Shown: positions 63,301 through 64,000 of the stretch, one piece after another
Layout of the letters: every line of letters starts with the position of its first letter
How positions within the stretch are numbered: position 1 is the first letter of the stretch
NCBI GenBank assembly: GCA_028712445.1
Contig: JAQTPY010000001.1
Coordinates: forward strand, 120,290-184,289
Length of the DNA stretch: 64,000 nt
Direction: 5' to 3'
Origin: Minisyncoccota bacterium
GTDB lineage: Bacteria > Patescibacteriota > Minisyncoccia > Minisyncoccales > RBG-13-42-11
Notes under the pieces: model-generated
The model's input: only the letters and a program-made list of their open reading frames with translations
Told to the model about the DNA's origin: nothing
Databases searched by the model: none
Made by a program: the position numbers and the translations under genes

Positions 63301-64000
63301 TCTGAAAGAATGAGGATAGATGACGAAACGGGATCTGTGTCTGTAGGAACATCAACCTTTGCAGGCCTTTTCAATGTGGCCACTTCCAGCCCCATATTAT
63401 ATGTAGGAACTAATGGGAATGTGGCAATCGGAACAACAAGCGCAAGCAGTAAATTGGAAATATGGAAAGGGGATAATTCTGGCGGAACAGTTGGCTTAAA
63501 ATTATTCTCTGACTATAGTGGTTCCGGAGCTCCGGGATCAGGATTGGAATTGTATACTTCCCACGTGGGCGGCAATGTGAGTTTCATTGCTACAAGAGAC
63601 AATCTGGGATATCTCGATTTTGCCACAGTAAAGAGTGGAGCCACCTCTACAAGACTTCGTATTACAAACGATGGTCTTGTTGGCATCGGCACATCCACTC
63701 CCGCTCAGATGCTAACAATCAGGGCCACTTCTTCGAATGCTATTTTGGGAGTATATTCCTCCTCTTCTGCTCCCGCTTTGTATGTGGCAGCCAGCGGCAA
63801 TGTGGGGATTGGAACTTCGGCTCCGACTTCAACCTTTGAAATAGCATCCGGCAAAACCATTAATTTAAATTCGAGCCCCGTCAGTTATCTTACTCTGGGC
63901 ACGGCAATGAATGCCAATTACCAGCAGATAAACAACGTTGACATGCAGTATGTAAACTACACCAATCTGCTGGAGAACGGAGACATGGAAACCGGCAATC
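57322..64000 (+). CDS. Giant (more than 2226 aa, 3'-incomplete) protein: N-terminal excisionase-type HTH, one TM helix, tail-fibre-like repeat region
   Basis: Not in the ORF track. I read frame 1 codon by codon from ATG 57322 (in-frame stops upstream at 57277 and 57292) to 64000 with no stop. N-terminus is LQEATKFCNYSQEYLSLRARNGKLKAVKFGRNWVTKKDWLEEYL. TM helix is VLAIYLMVGLLFVGNSVL (57736-57789). GNVGIGTTSP..L.V.G repeats recur. Confidence 0.85.
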   Translation, partial: MEGSFKEYISLQEATKFCNYSQEYLSLRARNGKLKAVKFGRNWVTKKDWLEEYLSKVEEYNGSVGANGNSNNNHVLQIEKEVKDFFQKKVSATPENLPTENNFAKITFSFRKYFAEKFQTISSVAIPSILKPRILQGRVLAIYLMVGLLFVGNSVLGKESFKNVFNDFEPYVNAVGLAGDQIIQQLADDFKEGYESASLLTFEINENLNKGIDVVNFEIRNQNSQMRNLIGDSLAFNISLPKLSFGEKWNIFGLMKEGADIILADVSNGFQKRINKANDFAFSVGSAGDIITEGFKNFVVGNFVDKNYQTADVNDAASFSQGSTIGNLAKTVKRIPTNFSEGYSFVNNALEEKIQEGYKKATAPINNLFKAIVSPWRKTPSEEFAFEEKKEEIKEEPQEDKKDQPKQVTQVTNVQPIKEIVRETTVIKPDEESIKKIWSDIGEIQADLANRLYAPGGVITQQIYVTQPVASPKIYQENGDIVLQTAGSGNVILSAATGMQISGQQVVIDSTSVLNPLIYIADKAKIAGDTEIEGTVTARGLVLSAAGGAGKVINVIRSGSSMFSLTDDGQVSLVGNFSLSTTSSETALSINQSGTGNIVDIKDGGTSVLSIADGGYATFAVAASTTPSFLIKEPGISWTGASSTYLALTASSSFDGRFIDIQTGGSSVFYIDGSGNTVIGGTLSVSTTTSRFTGDIVVEGNITPSTTTVYSLGSSAYNWNNVYTANILSAANLTFSASNTEAMRIDGDTNFVGIGTTTPSSNLEIADNDASTALTLTVATDSALYDPSIIFRNGGTVPTTRFIMGVDSSALNNFKISTSSIGTDDLFVIDNISGNVAIGSSTASTLFSVATSSDIFNVTSGGRVGIGTSTPDSTLGVWGTSTFMGGNVGIGVIDPTHSLSVNGRLRVDTTGHTYVGSTTATVGEKTMLTVQEVVKIADDEEYTGITSQVLAQKTTAPYSGIVMGILGRAILWGGNTQDWTSSLGLIGVDGGIKTWAGATGTVSNAISLLAQGDFSASNATVTNWYGLYIQGASGSGRKPVNEYGIYLQDRTGGTSNNYAVYSVGGTNYFGGKMGIATSSPTEMLSIKASSTNAILGLYSSSSAPVLYVAENGNMVVGSSTASTLFSVATSSDIFNVTSGGNVGIGTTSPEYTLSVVGNVYGSGNAIFNQNLTVSGTSSFIGTSTFSGNVGIGTTTPQGTLDVNGNIVINKVGTGWTSEIGWIRDNVELSWIQLDQDNIMYVYATSGLRIVAPSGEIARFTEDRKLGVGITGPSEVLTVKGFSTNAIFGAYSSSSVPAIYVAANGNMVVGSSTAATLFSVATSSDIFNVTSGGKVGIGTTSPSEALTINGNIYGSGNAVFKGTLEVSTTTILADVIVKGNLVPYDADDSNYVGTGSPEIRWDYGYFGEMNILHLAAASTSISGTESQTFTVNSDAGGDENSYLEFYRGNALNSAAISWIADSDRFSFNFPVRLSASGTISSANDMYFNVGDADRMFISSTTGNVAIGTTSSATLFSVATSSDIFNVTSGGNVGIGTTSPAYTLSVVGNIYGSGNAIFGGTLTSAGTTSFGTTTIAGNLIPSTDATYLLGSSTARWANLYTATATIGGTITVNSTDIAGSGALNLTAATNLTASSTNDLIFVTNGSERMRIDDETGYIGMGTTTPSSPLHIISSADSILRLQQSDTSTWNYIEWYDPTSRQFWTGIDGTGNFALNPQSGTGLIMATSSEIGIGTGAPAEKLDIAGNVRFGSAPPTFTALSEAISATSTVIPVNSTSSYPSRGTLLIDSEAITYTSIGSSSFIGASRGKLGTVSAAHSSGTTVKNYILTGLGYSQSYPKFVVLGDGSLAISTSTPLESLTVWGGLYVGTSTVPNLYVASTSGNVGIGTTSPAYTLSVVGNIYGSGNAIFGGTLTSAGTTSFGTTTIAGNLIPSTDATYILGSSTNRWANLYTATATIGGTITVNSTDIAGSGALNLTAATNLTASSTNDLIFVTNGSERMRIDDETGSVSVGTSTFAGLFNVATSSPILYVGTNGNVAIGTTSASSKLEIWKGDNSGGTVGLKLFSDYSGSGAPGSGLELYTSHVGGNVSFIATRDNLGYLDFATVKSGATSTRLRITNDGLVGIGTSTPAQMLTIRATSSNAILGVYSSSSAPALYVAASGNVGIGTSAPTSTFEIASGKTINLNSSPVSYLTLGTAMNANYQQINNVDMQYVNYTNLLENGDMETGN
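61906..62284 (+). repeat. Intragenic long direct repeat, copy 1
   Basis: 379 bp starting GGCAACGTAGGAATCGGCACCACTTCACCTGC. Nearly identical to 62956-63334, offset exactly 1050 bp (350 codons, in frame). Confidence 0.85.
62956..63334 (+). repeat. Intragenic long direct repeat, copy 2
   Basis: Differs from copy 1 at about a dozen positions (e.g. CTC>ATA, TGC>AAA, and single C>T, T>A and A>T changes). Confidence 0.85.

Noticed and set aside
61906-63334. The near-identical 379-bp repeat pair considered as a diversity-generating retroelement template/variable repeat pair.
   Set aside because: The mismatches are not adenine-specific (C>T, T>A, A>T, CTC>ATA, TGC>AAA). Both copies are in frame within the same gene, and no reverse transcriptase is encoded in the window.
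58875-63698. About a dozen minus-strand ORFs of 60-111 aa with a recurring VVPIPTLPPEVTL(K/N)MSDEVATE motif.
   Set aside because: They are the antisense reading of the GNVGIGTT.. repeats of the giant plus-strand ORF (57322 to beyond 64000). The plus frame is open for more than 6.6 kb, whereas these ORFs are short and interrupted. Their apparent conservation is a mirror of the sense-strand repeats.

Overview
This 64-kb window looks like a small-genome, AT-rich bacterium of the Candidate Phyla Radiation / Patescibacteria type; that attribution is inferred from gene content, since no search could be run. TGA is used as a stop codon, so the genetic code is standard. Compact housekeeping genes are present: rny, infB, rbfA, rplS, ftsH, rpsA, gyrA, valS, recG, ligA and a SEDS FtsW/RodA protein. 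I folded 19 intact tRNA genes by hand. A large share of the window encodes surface and pilus proteins. There are two separate type IV pilus-like gene sets (5.5-16.3 kb and 42.0-53.1 kb), an orphan LamG-pilin, and three small TrbC/VirB2-like 'T4SS pilin' proteins. There are also Cys-rich and repeat-rich secreted proteins, and an IS200/RAYT-type transposase flanked by REP-like hairpins. A giant ORF (57322 to beyond 64000, at least 2226 codons) is missing from the supplied ORF track because it has no stop codon inside the window. The most unusual structure lies just downstream of ftsH (23560-23785, minus strand). An intact tRNA-Ile(UAU) gene sits between exact copies of its own 5' half and 3' half. 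Both halves break at the same anticodon-loop position, and the two spacers are mutually complementary. I know of no description of such a tRNA-within-tRNA, split-tRNA-like arrangement in bacteria. Further oddities are tRNA-Arg(GCG), tRNAs with non-U at T-loop position 55, CDSs that abut tRNA 3' ends with no Shine-Dalgarno, a dockerin-like module inside a minor pilin, and REC-only response regulators embedded next to the pilus ATPases. All protein calls rest on motifs I recognise by eye; nothing was verified by search.
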